In this document: in pieces, positions 36,943 through 47,240 of the stretch
Layout of the letters: each line of letters begins with the position of its first letter
How positions within the stretch are numbered: position 1 is the stretch's first letter
Virus record (IMG/VR): IMGVR_UViG_3300024509_000012
Strand: one strand, 5' to 3'
Length of the DNA stretch: 64,000 nucleotides
Origin: an uncultured virus (IMG/VR IMGVR_UViG_3300024509_000012)
Taxonomy: Duplodnaviria > Heunggongvirae > Uroviricota > Caudoviricetes
Program-made: the position numbers and the translations under genes
The notes under the pieces: generated by a model
The model's input: only the letters and a program-made list of their open reading frames with translations
Database searches by the model: none
What the model was told of the DNA's origin: nothing

Positions 36943-37179
36943 ATGGAAAAGTTACTGAAGATGTTGAATGACCGCAACTCCGCCAGCAAAATTTTGCTGG
37001 CGTATGCTGATTTAATTGTGGGGAACGAAAACAATCCCGAATTTTTTCAAACGATTCTGGATAATCTCCGGATTGATCCTTACTATAAGATGAGCGACGA
37101 TCACCGTGATTGGGTTTTGGGTGAGGCCCAAACTATACTCAAACAATCATGCGACTGGTGGCTGGCAAAAGGGGCTTAA
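36943..37179 (+). CDS. hypothetical protein, leaderless; last gene of the + array
   Basis: Own promoter; ggggc-ttaa-gcccc-tttt terminator. Confidence 0.65.
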   Translation: MEKLLKMLNDRNSASKILLAYADLIVGNENNPEFFQTILDNLRIDPYYKMSDDHRDWVLGEAQTILKQSCDWWLAKGA

Positions 37180-37419
37180 GCCCCTTTTGGTACTAGTACT
37201 AACACAACCTTAAAGTGGGAGTACTAGTACTCCCCCGGTAGGGTATTATGTATTATCCCCCACTTTAAAAAACTTTATTTCTTTTCCCCAGAAAACACAC
37301 CCAACCTAACACAATCTAAAAAAATAAAAAAATTCCCCCCAAAATTTTTCCCGCCAAAAATTTTTCCCCCAGAATTTTTTCCCCAGATGTTTTTATTCTG
37401 GTGGAAACACCAGATGTTT

Positions 37420-37992
37420 TTATTCTGGTGGAAACACCAGATATTTACACAAGTAATAACTATCTACCAAATCTGATACAGGTGAAGATATTTTAATTTT
37501 CTTTTTTGAGAATGTTTCTTTTAGCTTTAACTGTGTTTCTTCAAAAAATTTATCATACATATCATCTTTATTGCTTCTACCTGAACTTGTTGCATATTTC
37601 TTTAATGTGGTAGGAGCAATTTTTTGATATTTGTAATTTTCCACTTCTAACATATATTTCATTATTCCACAATTTTCTGCTAATTCAAATATCTTACCTT
37701 TTGATCCAAATGAATAATCTTCTATGATTATCATAGTTTCTGGATAATCATATGCTTGTTTTGTTATATCAATGCATCTAATTGTCCAGTTTGCTATTAA
37801 GGTAAATCTGTTGATTGGGGATTTGTAATTTTCTGGTGGTGTTGTTTGGTGTACAAATTCAAGAGGAGAAATTTGTTTTGTTTTGTTGTAATAAAAGAAA
37901 TTGCACATTCTAGGATCAAAAGATTTTTTGTCTCCATAGAATGTGCAAATTGAGGGTGATGTTATAGAATAATCAATTCCAATATAAAGCAT
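37420..37992 (-). CDS. RuvC-like Holliday-junction resolvase
   Basis: IGIDYS, IEDYSF, PTTLKKYAT..G..NKD, SDLVDSY. Confidence 0.82.
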   Translation of the reverse strand: MLYIGIDYSITSPSICTFYGDKKSFDPRMCNFFYYNKTKQISPLEFVHQTTPPENYKSPINRFTLIANWTIRCIDITKQAYDYPETMIIIEDYSFGSKGKIFELAENCGIMKYMLEVENYKYQKIAPTTLKKYATSSGRSNKDDMYDKFFEETQLKLKETFSKKKIKISSPVSDLVDSYYLCKYLVFPPE

Positions 37993-38007
37993 TGATGTAC
38001 TTCGTCA

Positions 38008-38181
38008 TTAATATTCATCTTCAGGTTCTTCTGGATAATCGTCTTCGTCATCTTTTAGAAAATCAAAAGATTCTTCGTCGTGTGTGCCGCAGAAAGGGCA
38101 GAATTTTACTGGCACTGATGTGTTTTTTGCATTTACTGTAAATTCTAAATCACACACTTCGCAATAAAGTTTTGTTTTCAT
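38008..38181 (-). CDS. small zinc-ribbon protein with acidic tail (not in ORF track)
   Basis: CEVC...FCPFCG, D/E-rich end. Confidence 0.65.
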   Translation of the reverse strand: MKTKLYCEVCDLEFTVNAKNTSVPVKFCPFCGTHDEESFDFLKDDEDDYPEEPEDEY

Positions 38182-38350
38182 TTTTCTTCCTTGTATACTT
38201 TGTGTATTGATCTTGATTTATCCAATCAAACTGCAAAAGATATTTATACTTTTGTGTTATGGTTTTCTTTTTTTGAAAATCTATAATTTGTGCTGGTGAA
38301 GCGTTGTTCAAAAAATAATTTAAAATTTTCTCATCCATGTTTTTACCTCT

Positions 38351-39703
38351 TTAATATATTTCTCTCCATTGCATCCCAACACCAACACCTGTTGAATTTA
38401 CTGTTGAAAGATTTTTTGCTACAACAACATAAATTTCTGAATCTGTTGATGTATAATTTTGCACAATATAATTCTTTTTTGCTGTTGGACCTATTTTTGC
38501 TGGAGAAGATGTTCCATATAGTTTGTTTGCGTTTTGTGATGCTGCTGAAACATAACCATTATCTATTTCTTCGCCATCTGTATATGATGTAGCTGTTGCA
38601 TTATATTCAATTCCACTGTTTGTATGTACATCGTTCCAAGATCCACCACTTAAATTAGAAACATTAGGTAGTTTTATAATTTTATAATGTATATTTTCAC
38701 CATCACTAAAAACATTTGTTGCCATTAATCTAACAATCATTCTATTCTCATATGTATTAAATGTATTTTTTAAACGAATTGCTAATATTGGAAGTGTTGA
38801 TGATGCACTAAGAGTTCTTAGTGAAGGTGAAGCAGTTGCCCAATCTTGACCAACTTCAGCATAACCACCTTCTGCGACAACAGTTGAACAAATTTGATCC
38901 ATATATGCAGCAGAAGAACCATTTACATTTTCTATTTCACATCTAATTGGTAGATTTGGATTTGACATGTAAACTGTTGGTTTGTTGTTTGAATTATAAT
39001 ATTCATGTGCAACTATAATTTTACCATCATGTACAAATCCACAACGAACTCTACCAACACCCAACCATTGGAAATCTGTGAAGAAAATTTGTGTTTTGGT
39101 TATGTCTAAGTTAAAACCACTTCTTCCTGTTCCATCACATTTATCTATGTTCCAATTTTGTTGCGTAACTCTATTTGTAGAATCGTCAGTAGATCCTGAA
39201 ACATAAGTTCTAATATTAAAAGCTAATTCACCAGTTCCTGTTTGTTCAAAAAATATTCCGTTATTGGCATCGAAATAACCTGTTCTTTTTCTTACTCCAG
39301 CAGTTGCTGCATAAAAATTAAAAGTCGTTTTAATTAATTGACTTTTTCCTGGCATGTAATGATGATAAAATTTTGTTTGATGGATTATTTTACTGCCTGG
39401 AGTTGAAGTAACAGCTAATCTGGCACAAGCTTGATTTGGAAGATGTGTAATAGTAGCACTTGAAGTTATTACATCAAGAAAATTTGGATCAATTCCATAA
39501 AGATGTTTATAATCACCTAATGTAAATTGATCTGAAATTCTTATTCTACCAAATGCATCTATTTGACCATTAGAAATATTAATATCTAATGGATTATAAT
39601 TATCAATTTGTGATCCTTTTTCATCAGCAAGAACAACTATTTCATATCTCGGTTCTTGTGCAATTGCTTCTACTTGTTGTAATGTTTTATTATATTGTGC
39701 CAT
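38351..39703 (-). CDS. conserved phage protein, probably beta-rich virion component
   Basis: DAFGRIR, Y.PGKSQ, QWLGVGRVR.GF, NLPIR.EI motifs. Confidence 0.65.
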   Translation of the reverse strand: MAQYNKTLQQVEAIAQEPRYEIVVLADEKGSQIDNYNPLDINISNGQIDAFGRIRISDQFTLGDYKHLYGIDPNFLDVITSSATITHLPNQACARLAVTSTPGSKIIHQTKFYHHYMPGKSQLIKTTFNFYAATAGVRKRTGYFDANNGIFFEQTGTGELAFNIRTYVSGSTDDSTNRVTQQNWNIDKCDGTGRSGFNLDITKTQIFFTDFQWLGVGRVRCGFVHDGKIIVAHEYYNSNNKPTVYMSNPNLPIRCEIENVNGSSAAYMDQICSTVVAEGGYAEVGQDWATASPSLRTLSASSTLPILAIRLKNTFNTYENRMIVRLMATNVFSDGENIHYKIIKLPNVSNLSGGSWNDVHTNSGIEYNATATSYTDGEEIDNGYVSAASQNANKLYGTSSPAKIGPTAKKNYIVQNYTSTDSEIYVVVAKNLSTVNSTGVGVGMQWREIY

Positions 39704-39932
39704 TTATTTCTTCCAATTTATAAATTTTATCCCAACTAAAAGCTATCCATTTTTCATTTTCTATGTCCCACACAGTTGCAAATTTTGTTTCTGGACCAAT
39801 AGTTAAAAATGCTTCTTTTGGTATTATATCTTTATTTAGTGTTATCTTGTAACTTCTTACTTTTTTATCACAAAATTTAAAAGAAATAAGAAATGATTTT
39901 GTTTTTAATTCTTCTTGCAAATATTCTTTCAT
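39690..39932 (-). CDS. small WYL/SH3-barrel-like protein
   Basis: F.F....R....TL...VWDIE...W.AF.W pattern; start placed at MKEYL. Confidence 0.55.
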   Translation of the reverse strand: MKEYLQEELKTKSFLISFKFCDKKVRSYKITLNKDIIPKEAFLTIGPETKFATVWDIENEKWIAFSWDKIYKLEEINGTI

Positions 39933-39963
39933 ATCTCTTATATATAGTTTCAGGAGAAAATTA

Positions 39964-40116
39964 ATGGCAAGATTGAAATTTGATGAAGGTACAAGATTAG
40001 AAAGCAGATCAAAATGGAAAAAGACCGCCCAGGACATTCGTGATCCTAAGCGGTCTTCAATGAATAAAAGTAAGAAAAGAAGTTTTAAAAAATATCGTGG
40101 ACAGGGAAGACCTTAG
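39964..40116 (+). CDS. 50-aa basic protein ending KKYRGQGRP (not in ORF track)
   Basis: AGGAG SD; SSMNK..KR.FKKYRGQG motif recalled from T4-like phages. Confidence 0.65.
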   Translation: MARLKFDEGTRLESRSKWKKTAQDIRDPKRSSMNKSKKRSFKKYRGQGRP

Positions 40117-40245
40117 TTATTTAAGGTCTTCTTTAGTTTTTCCAAAGATTTTTCTAATTTAGCAATTTTTTCTTCTATTTTTGTAATTTTTTCTTTTGTT
40201 TCTGTTGCTTTTTTATCTTCGTTTTCCATTCTTACCTCTTTAAAT

Positions 40246-40542
40246 TTAAATTACTAATTTTGAATTTTTTGGTGCAACTAAACCACTTGTTGCTTCCATC
40301 CATGCAGACATCATTTCATCTCTAGATTTTGCGTGAATTGCAATTGCAGACTTATTGATTCTAATTTCATTATCTAAGTTCACAGTGACTAAAGATGGAA
40401 TTAAAGATAATCCCTGTTGTGTTTGAAAAAGTGTAAGTGGCTTTTCAACAATATAAGAATTATCTAATTCCGATATAAATCGTGAAATCATTTCTTCACC
40501 ATTAATTAATTTAAATGATACAATGTCATTTTTATTATACAT
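40246..40542 (-). CDS. conserved T4-like hypothetical protein
   Basis: KLINGEE motif; AAGGA SD. Confidence 0.7.
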   Translation of the reverse strand: MYNKNDIVSFKLINGEEMISRFISELDNSYIVEKPLTLFQTQQGLSLIPSLVTVNLDNEIRINKSAIAIHAKSRDEMMSAWMEATSGLVAPKNSKLVI

Positions 40543-40807
40543 ATTATTCCTTTTTAAAAATTAGTTTCAATATCAAAATTATCTGGATATGTTCCAATTG
40601 GTATTAGTGACATATTATAATGCTTGTAAATCCTTTATATCTCATCGTCAATTTCTTTACCTGATAATTTGATTATCCTAGTCCAATTAATTAACTCGTT
40701 TCTATAAAATTCATCTGTCACTCTAATAATATTACCATTCTCGTCTTCAATATACCAAACATGTTCAATCGCATCAAATACAGGCGGCTTTTGAATATTC
40801 ATACGAA

Positions 40808-41788
40808 TTATCCCCACACATCTTCCCAAGATCCAGTTAACGCACCCTTTGCATAATCTGTAACTCTTTGCTCAAAGAAATTACCATGAATTGGCGCATT
40901 GATCATTTCTTCAACCCAAGGTAATGGATTTTTCTTAACTTTGAAAATACCTTTCATACCAAGAGAAATTAATCTTCTGTCAGCAATATAACGAATATAC
41001 TTCTTTACATCATCTGCTGTTAAATTCTGCATTTCTCCCATTTGGAAAGAAAGATCAATAAATTTATCTTCTAATTCAACCATTTTTGTTGCGATGGTAT
41101 AAATTGATGATTTTAATTCATCAGTCCAAATATCTGGATTTTCTGAGATATAAGTTCTGAACAACTTAATCATTGATTCTGTGTGCATTGTTTCGTCAAC
41201 GATAGACCATGTTACAATCTGACCCATGCCCTTCATCTTACCATGTCTTGGAAAATTTAGTAACATAATAAATGAAGAAAATAATTGCATTCCTTCAGTA
41301 AATGCAGAGAAACATGCAATTTGTTTTGCAATTTCATTTGGTTCTAAATCAGAAATTTCTTGAATATATTCGTGCTTTTCAGCCATTTCCTTATATTCAA
41401 GAAATTCATTATAAGTGGTTTCTGGTAAACCAAGAGTTTCTACAAGATGCGAATATGCAGCAACATGTAAAGCTTCTCTTGCACCAAAACCAAGCAACAT
41501 CATTCTTATCTCAGGCTGCGGAAATAATGGTAAGTAGTTGTTGACATAAGCAGATGCAACGTCGATATCACCTTGCGTGAAAAAGCGGAAAATTTGTGTA
41601 AGAAAGTATTTTTCATTTTCTGTTAATTTTTGTTTCCAATCCTTTACATCCTGAAGCATTTCTACTTCTGTATGTAACCAATGAGACTGCTCATGTTTTA
41701 ACCAAGCTTCATATGCCCAAGGATAAGTAAAAGGTTTAAAATAACTTCTTTCATCTGTTAATTTTAACTGATTCTTTTTCTTAGTCAT
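40808..41788 (-). CDS. nrdB: ribonucleotide reductase class Ia beta subunit
   Basis: FFTQGD, EALHVAAYS, EGMQLFSSF, DETMH, NFFE. Confidence 0.96.
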   Translation of the reverse strand: MTKKKNQLKLTDERSYFKPFTYPWAYEAWLKHEQSHWLHTEVEMLQDVKDWKQKLTENEKYFLTQIFRFFTQGDIDVASAYVNNYLPLFPQPEIRMMLLGFGAREALHVAAYSHLVETLGLPETTYNEFLEYKEMAEKHEYIQEISDLEPNEIAKQIACFSAFTEGMQLFSSFIMLLNFPRHGKMKGMGQIVTWSIVDETMHTESMIKLFRTYISENPDIWTDELKSSIYTIATKMVELEDKFIDLSFQMGEMQNLTADDVKKYIRYIADRRLISLGMKGIFKVKKNPLPWVEEMINAPIHGNFFEQRVTDYAKGALTGSWEDVWG

Positions 41789-41789
41789 A

Positions 41790-42047
41790 TTAGTCCTTTG
41801 ATATAGTTTCGAAAATTGCTGTTTTCTTGATATGGATTTTTTCTAAACCCATATCAAATAATTGAATAAATTTTTCTTTTGGATAAGATTTTGATAAATT
41901 AATACAGATTGATGAATCATACCAATCAAATTCAATATCGTCTATATCTTCGTCTGGAAATAGATGAAATACCATTTCCTCTAATGTTGCCAGTTTTGTT
42001 TCATAAGAAAGTTTTGCGCTAATTAATTCTTGAATAAATGATGCCAT
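41790..42047 (-). CDS. hypothetical protein between nrdA and nrdB
   Basis: ORF exactly fills the gap. Confidence 0.6.
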   Translation of the reverse strand: MASFIQELISAKLSYETKLATLEEMVFHLFPDEDIDDIEFDWYDSSICINLSKSYPKEKFIQLFDMGLEKIHIKKTAIFETISKD

Positions 42048-42049
42048 AT

Positions 42050-43831
42050 TTAACCTTCACACATAATGCAACTTTCACCATCTGCTAGTTGCTTCATGTC
42101 AATTTCTTCAATTCTCTTTCTTTCAATTTTTTCTGATACTTTATCTGCTTTTGCAATCTTTTCTGATCTGCAATAATAAAGTGTTTTTAACTTTTGCTTC
42201 CATGCTAAGAAATGAATAGCATGAAGATATTTAACATTTACGTCAGGCTTAAAGAATAAATTAATAGATTGTCCTTGATCAATATATTCTTGTCTAACTG
42301 ATGCATGTTCAATAATCCAACGCTGATCAATTTCAATAGCAGTTTTAAATACAAGTTTTTCATCATCTGAAAGAATATCTAAATGTTGAACTGATCCACC
42401 ATTAGCAATAATAGATGACCAGATTTCTTGTGAATCTTCACTAACTCTTTCTTTGATAATTTTATTCAAGAACTTATTTTTAGTTAAATAAGATCCAGAA
42501 AGTGTATCTTGTCTATAAGCATTTGCTTTGTATGGTTCAACTGAAGGTGAAGTATTTCCCATGATAATTGAAGAAGAAGCATTTGGAGCAATTGCAATTG
42601 TATGGGAAAATCTCTTTCCTGTTCCAACAGCATCAGGAGCTTCACCACGAATAGTACCAAGAGCAAAGTTTGCTTTGTCTAATTCGTCATGAATATGCTT
42701 CGCAATCATTTTATTTGCAATTCTAGCAGCAACTGATTCAAAAGGAATCATCTTCGACTGTAGAAATGCATGGAAACCTAATTGACCAACACCAATAGAA
42801 CGTTCTTGTTTTGCTGAATAGATTGCTCTGGAAATTGTCTTTGGAGCATTATCTATAAAATATTGTAGCACATTATCAAGCATCTCCGCAACATCTGCAA
42901 GAAATAATTTATCATTTTTCCATTCATCAAAATATTCATCATTTACAGATGATAAACAACAAACAGCAGTTCTTTTATAAGATGTTGGAAGAATAACTTC
43001 TGAACAAAGATTTGATTGATTAATTTTCAAACCTTTTTCTTTTAAGAATTCTGGTAACTTTCTATTTGATTCATCAATAAAGTGAAAATATGGTTCGCCT
43101 GTTTGCATACGCATTTCAAGTAAACGCTGCCAAAGTTCTCTTGCAGAAATTGTTTCCTTCACTTCATTTGTATTTGGATCTTTTAATTCCCATGTATCAT
43201 CGAAATTTGGATCTTTCATACAATTTTCAATAATTTCCATAAATGCATCTGGAATATTTACACCATGATGCATATTAAGACAACGGAGATTAGGATCTCC
43301 GGTTGGCTTTCTCATCTCAATAAAATTAATAATATCGGGATGAGAAATGTCAAGATAAGCAGCATAACTACCCCTGCGAGTAGTCCCTTGACGATATGCA
43401 AGACAAGACGCATCATAAATTTTAAGATGAGGCATAACCCCAGTAGACTTGTCACTAGCAGAACGAATCCCAAAACCAATTCCAACGCCGCCTCCTAACA
43501 TGGATAACCAATTTGTTTCAGTTAACGTATCTGATAATCCTTCAGATGTGTCATTAATATAATTTAAAAAGCAAGAAATTGGTAAGCCTTTCTTTGTGCG
43601 ACCAAATGAAAGAATTGGTGTAGAAAAACTTAACCAATGTTTAGATGCATAATCATATAGTCTTTGTGCATGTTCTGGATTAGAACCAAATTTATTAGCA
43701 ACAAATGCAAATCTTTCTTGTGGAGAAGTTTCATCTTCTCTCATATAGGATTCTTTTAATCTCTTTAGACCTAATTCATCAAAGAGAGAATCTCTTGAAT
43801 AATCAATATTAATACCTAGATATTCTGGCAT
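42050..43831 (-). CDS. nrdA: ribonucleotide reductase class I alpha subunit
   Basis: PISCF, SNLCSE, IAPNASSS, LKTLYY, C-terminal CIMC. Confidence 0.96.
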   Translation of the reverse strand: MPEYLGINIDYSRDSLFDELGLKRLKESYMREDETSPQERFAFVANKFGSNPEHAQRLYDYASKHWLSFSTPILSFGRTKKGLPISCFLNYINDTSEGLSDTLTETNWLSMLGGGVGIGFGIRSASDKSTGVMPHLKIYDASCLAYRQGTTRRGSYAAYLDISHPDIINFIEMRKPTGDPNLRCLNMHHGVNIPDAFMEIIENCMKDPNFDDTWELKDPNTNEVKETISARELWQRLLEMRMQTGEPYFHFIDESNRKLPEFLKEKGLKINQSNLCSEVILPTSYKRTAVCCLSSVNDEYFDEWKNDKLFLADVAEMLDNVLQYFIDNAPKTISRAIYSAKQERSIGVGQLGFHAFLQSKMIPFESVAARIANKMIAKHIHDELDKANFALGTIRGEAPDAVGTGKRFSHTIAIAPNASSSIIMGNTSPSVEPYKANAYRQDTLSGSYLTKNKFLNKIIKERVSEDSQEIWSSIIANGGSVQHLDILSDDEKLVFKTAIEIDQRWIIEHASVRQEYIDQGQSINLFFKPDVNVKYLHAIHFLAWKQKLKTLYYCRSEKIAKADKVSEKIERKRIEEIDMKQLADGESCIMCEG

Positions 43832-44043
43832 CTAAAACTCCTATCTAAAATAAACCCAATAACCATCTGTTTCTGCTTGCAGCAAACCATATGATTCATA
43901 TATTCTTTTTGAAATATTTTTAAAATCGTTTCTAAGTTCATCACAAATCATATGTCTAGCGACAGGTCTATTATTTTCTCTAATTGTTTGGAATGCTCCG
44001 TGTTCAGGAAACCATTCTTTTGAATTTATGAACTTCATATTAT

Positions 44044-44757
44044 CTACTTAATATAAGGGAAAATTTTATTTATTGCTTCAGCACAAGCATGAGCAACCAA
44101 CATATGTTCTTTCTGTGTACCATTACCATCACGAACTTCAATGTAATGAATCCAAGAACGAATTGTGCCGTTAATATAAACTCTTGAAACTGTATTACCT
44201 TCTGGTAAAAGAACTCTTGCTACTTCTTTAGCAACACCCTGAGAAATTGCATATTCATAGTTTAATTTTGCAATACTAATTACTTCTGTCTGTAATTGTT
44301 CCCAAGTGTTAGCCAATTGATAATTTGTAAATTCATCATCAAGTGAAATTGAATTTTGTCTATTCTTTGTATCTTGAAGTCTACATTCTCTTAAACAAAA
44401 TTCTAATTCTTTTGTTGGATCTGCATATCTTTGTGAAAATTCTTGGAAAGAAAAAGATCTATGTCTTAGAATCTGTCTAACAATATCTCTTGTTGATGTA
44501 ACTTCAAGACAAACATTGGTCATTTCAAATGGCGACCAGTGTTTATTTTTGATTAGATAATTGATTAACTTGTCAGATGTTTCAATATTATTTTGATTGG
44601 ATGGATTAGAAACTCTTGCACAATATGTAATTAAGTTTGTGATTCCATCTTGAAGAAATTTGTTGTTAAAAAATTGATCGTCTGGTTGTGTGTAGGAAAT
44701 TAAGTTAACGGAAAGAATATCTTCATAATTCTTATACATTCTTTTTTCCTCCATCAT
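44044..44757 (-). CDS. thyX: flavin-dependent thymidylate synthase
   Basis: ARVS, HWSPFE, RHRSFSFQEFSQRY, KEVAR. Confidence 0.95.
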   Translation of the reverse strand: MMEEKRMYKNYEDILSVNLISYTQPDDQFFNNKFLQDGITNLITYCARVSNPSNQNNIETSDKLINYLIKNKHWSPFEMTNVCLEVTSTRDIVRQILRHRSFSFQEFSQRYADPTKELEFCLRECRLQDTKNRQNSISLDDEFTNYQLANTWEQLQTEVISIAKLNYEYAISQGVAKEVARVLLPEGNTVSRVYINGTIRSWIHYIEVRDGNGTQKEHMLVAHACAEAINKIFPYIK

Positions 44758-45100
44758 AAATGTAAGCTAATCCTTCATTAATTAACTTATCATTAAATGA
44801 TTGATTATTATCCAAATCATTTTTTGTTTCGAAAATATAACCTAAAACACGTCCATACTTATCATTATCATCTAGTCTTGTTTTGATAAACACAATTTTG
44901 TTTTCTAAAGTATATTTTGTTCTTGCTGTTGCTTTAGCTGCTTTTTCCCTTTCGGAAACAACTCTTGAATTTTTTTCTGGTGTATCAATTCCATCCAATC
45001 TAACAGACTTTCTGATATTAACATGAAATCCCAAATCAATATCACAAAGAATGGTATCACCATCAACCACTCTTACAACTTTTGCGTTATATGTATACAT
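44732..45100 (-). CDS. SNase/thermonuclease-like nuclease
   Basis: RVVDGDT, RLDGIDTPE, DKYGRVLG. Confidence 0.88.
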   Translation of the reverse strand: MYTYNAKVVRVVDGDTILCDIDLGFHVNIRKSVRLDGIDTPEKNSRVVSEREKAAKATARTKYTLENKIVFIKTRLDDNDKYGRVLGYIFETKNDLDNNQSFNDKLINEGLAYIYDGGKKNV

Positions 45101-45101
45101 A

Positions 45102-45344
45102 TTAAATCCCTTTTGTTTTTTTATATTCTTCTTCTGTAATTTCAAATGCCCAATTAATTACTACCCAATCATCAATACAATTTTCTCTACTAATTTCTTC
45201 TTCAAGTTCCTGACAAATCATTTTATCTTTCCAATAATCCCAATATTCATTAATAATGTCATCATCAGAATATGTTTCAACACCATAATTATAATGACCA
45301 TCAGAAGGATAAACATATTGCCAATATTTCATATTTTTCTCCAC
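45102..45344 (-). CDS. hypothetical protein
   Basis: YWDYW...CIDDWVVINWA motif. Confidence 0.6.
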   Translation of the reverse strand: MEKNMKYWQYVYPSDGHYNYGVETYSDDDIINEYWDYWKDKMICQELEEEISRENCIDDWVVINWAFEITEEEYKKTKGI

Positions 45345-46360
45345 TTATTAAATTCAACTCTAGCACGAAGTCCAGAAAATGTATTTTGTTTAATAAAATT
45401 AAACACTTCTTCTTTCGACTTACCATCTAAAATCATTGCATTAATGTCTTTTTTGTCAGAAAAAGATTCATTCCAAATAACAATTTTATGATTGTTACCA
45501 ATTAGTTTAAAATAATTATCGACTACTTCTTTATTTCTAGGTTGGTTATCAAGAACACAAACATAATCAAATGTGAAATTTTTGATAGCACTTTGGAATT
45601 CGGAACCAGCTACAGCAATTGCATTATCAATAAACATTGAATCAATTGGTCCTTCTAATATGTAGACAGTCTTTAGAATATCTACTTTATTCATGCCATA
45701 AATTTTATGTTCATCTTTTACTTTAATTGTAATATAACGATTACCAACATTCGAGAAACTTCTACCTTGAAAACAAATTAAATCATTATCAGCATTGAAA
45801 AATGGAATAATAAGTCTTTGTTCTTTTTCTTGTAGTTTTGTTTCAGTGTTTCCAAAATGATTTGCAAATTTCTTGAAATCATCAGTGAAATATAATTCAG
45901 AAAATTTATCAGATGAAATTTTCCTATCTTGTAAATAAGTTTTACAAAAATGATTATCAGATAATTCTGAGCATGGTGTAGAAAATTTTAAAAATTCTTG
46001 TTTAATTGTGTCAACTTTATTCTCACGATAAATCTGATTGTAATCAAATTCAGGTTTAGTTTTAGCAATTACAATAGAAGACACAACATTAGTTTTATAT
46101 CGCTCCATTACATATTCGTTATATAGATATGGATCAATTAATTCAATAAAACGTTTTAATGAATGAGATACACCACAATTATGACACTTATAGTAAAAGT
46201 ATCCTTCACGTTCGTAAAGATAACCACGCTTTTTATTCGGATTTTTTTTGGAATCACCGCAGATTGGGCATCTGCATGTTGCTGTATTTGAGCTAGTCCA
46301 CGAGAATTTCGGCAGATTGCCGCTCATCATATCAATATACTTTTTATCAATAAGAAACAT
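45329..46360 (-). CDS. gp61: DNA primase gp61
   Basis: RCPICGDS, CHNC, FQGR, EGPIDS, DNQPRN, KDIN; promoter at 46372-46400. Confidence 0.95.
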   Translation of the reverse strand: MFLIDKKYIDMMSGNLPKFSWTSSNTATCRCPICGDSKKNPNKKRGYLYEREGYFYYKCHNCGVSHSLKRFIELIDPYLYNEYVMERYKTNVVSSIVIAKTKPEFDYNQIYRENKVDTIKQEFLKFSTPCSELSDNHFCKTYLQDRKISSDKFSELYFTDDFKKFANHFGNTETKLQEKEQRLIIPFFNADNDLICFQGRSFSNVGNRYITIKVKDEHKIYGMNKVDILKTVYILEGPIDSMFIDNAIAVAGSEFQSAIKNFTFDYVCVLDNQPRNKEVVDNYFKLIGNNHKIVIWNESFSDKKDINAMILDGKSKEEVFNFIKQNTFSGLRARVEFNKWRKI

Positions 46361-46415
46361 AATCTATCACTAGTATAGCATGACAAAAAAGGTTTGTCAA
46401 GTGGGAGACAAACTT

Positions 46416-46865
46416 TTATTGAAAAAACAATTTAATTTTGTCTATGTTGTATAAAATTAAATAAAGACCGCCACATATGCTAGAAATTAACCACAAATAT
46501 TTTTCCAAATTTGAAATTCTTTTTTCTAAATCTGTTTTTAGAGAATTTACATCGGTGGATATACAATCAATTTTTTTCTCAAAATTATCTAATTTAATAT
46601 CTATGGTAGTAAATGTATTTGATGTGGTCAATTCATTTTTTATAATTTTTGCATCTAAATCATCAATTTGAGTTTGAATTTGATTATCGGTAGTTGTGTG
46701 TAAATCTAATTTTTGTTCATGTAGAGCAATAATTTTAACAGTGTTTGCTGAAATTTCTTCTAACTTTTCAATAGCAATATCAATTCTATCTAGATATTTT
46801 TGTTGATGTTCCTGCTCTTTTTCCAAAATTCCGACTTTGACTTGAAGTTCTGCTGCTGAATCCAT
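46416..46865 (-). CDS. coiled-coil protein with C-terminal TM helix
   Basis: Heptads followed by a hydrophobic tail. Confidence 0.65.
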   Translation of the reverse strand: MDSAAELQVKVGILEKEQEHQQKYLDRIDIAIEKLEEISANTVKIIALHEQKLDLHTTTDNQIQTQIDDLDAKIIKNELTTSNTFTTIDIKLDNFEKKIDCISTDVNSLKTDLEKRISNLEKYLWLISSICGGLYLILYNIDKIKLFFQ

Positions 46866-47240
46866 TTATTTGCCTTTCTTTGGATGTCTTAAATAGACCA
46901 TAGCACCAGTTAATTCATCTTGAATAATTATAGCTTTATTTGGATTTTCATTTGCATATTCTTTTATTTGTTGACCAACTTCATCATTACCTACAAATGT
47001 TGTCCACCATCTTCTAGCAACTTTTCCTAGAAGAGAACGATTATAAACTGTGGAATTAACTTGAAAAACTTTATGTCCAGCGAACGGTTTTGGGGCTGCT
47101 TTTTTATTTCTTTTTTGGTGACGTTTTTGTGCTGATACAGAAACTCCAGGTTCGCCAGCAGCACCACCTGTTCCTGCAATTTTTCCATCACCAACATTAT
47201 TTGCTGGTGCATCTTCTAGGAATGTTTTATAGCTTTTCAT
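46866..47240 (-). CDS. hypothetical protein, probably virion-internal
   Basis: MKSYKTFLEDAPAN N-terminus typical of protease-processed T4-like head proteins. Confidence 0.6.
   Translation of the reverse strand: MKSYKTFLEDAPANNVGDGKIAGTGGAAGEPGVSVSAQKRHQKRNKKAAPKPFAGHKVFQVNSTVYNRSLLGKVARRWWTTFVGNDEVGQQIKEYANENPNKAIIIQDELTGAMVYLRHPKKGK

Larger units (their letters stand above)
19659..37179 (+). other. array of small early-type genes, most with individual sigma70-type promoters
   Basis: TTGACA-16/18-(T/G)AnnnT repeated before genes, e.g. 19659, 20597, 21378, 22271, 24494, 26383, 29900, 30435, 31721, 32531, 33251, 34571, 35033. Confidence 0.9.
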
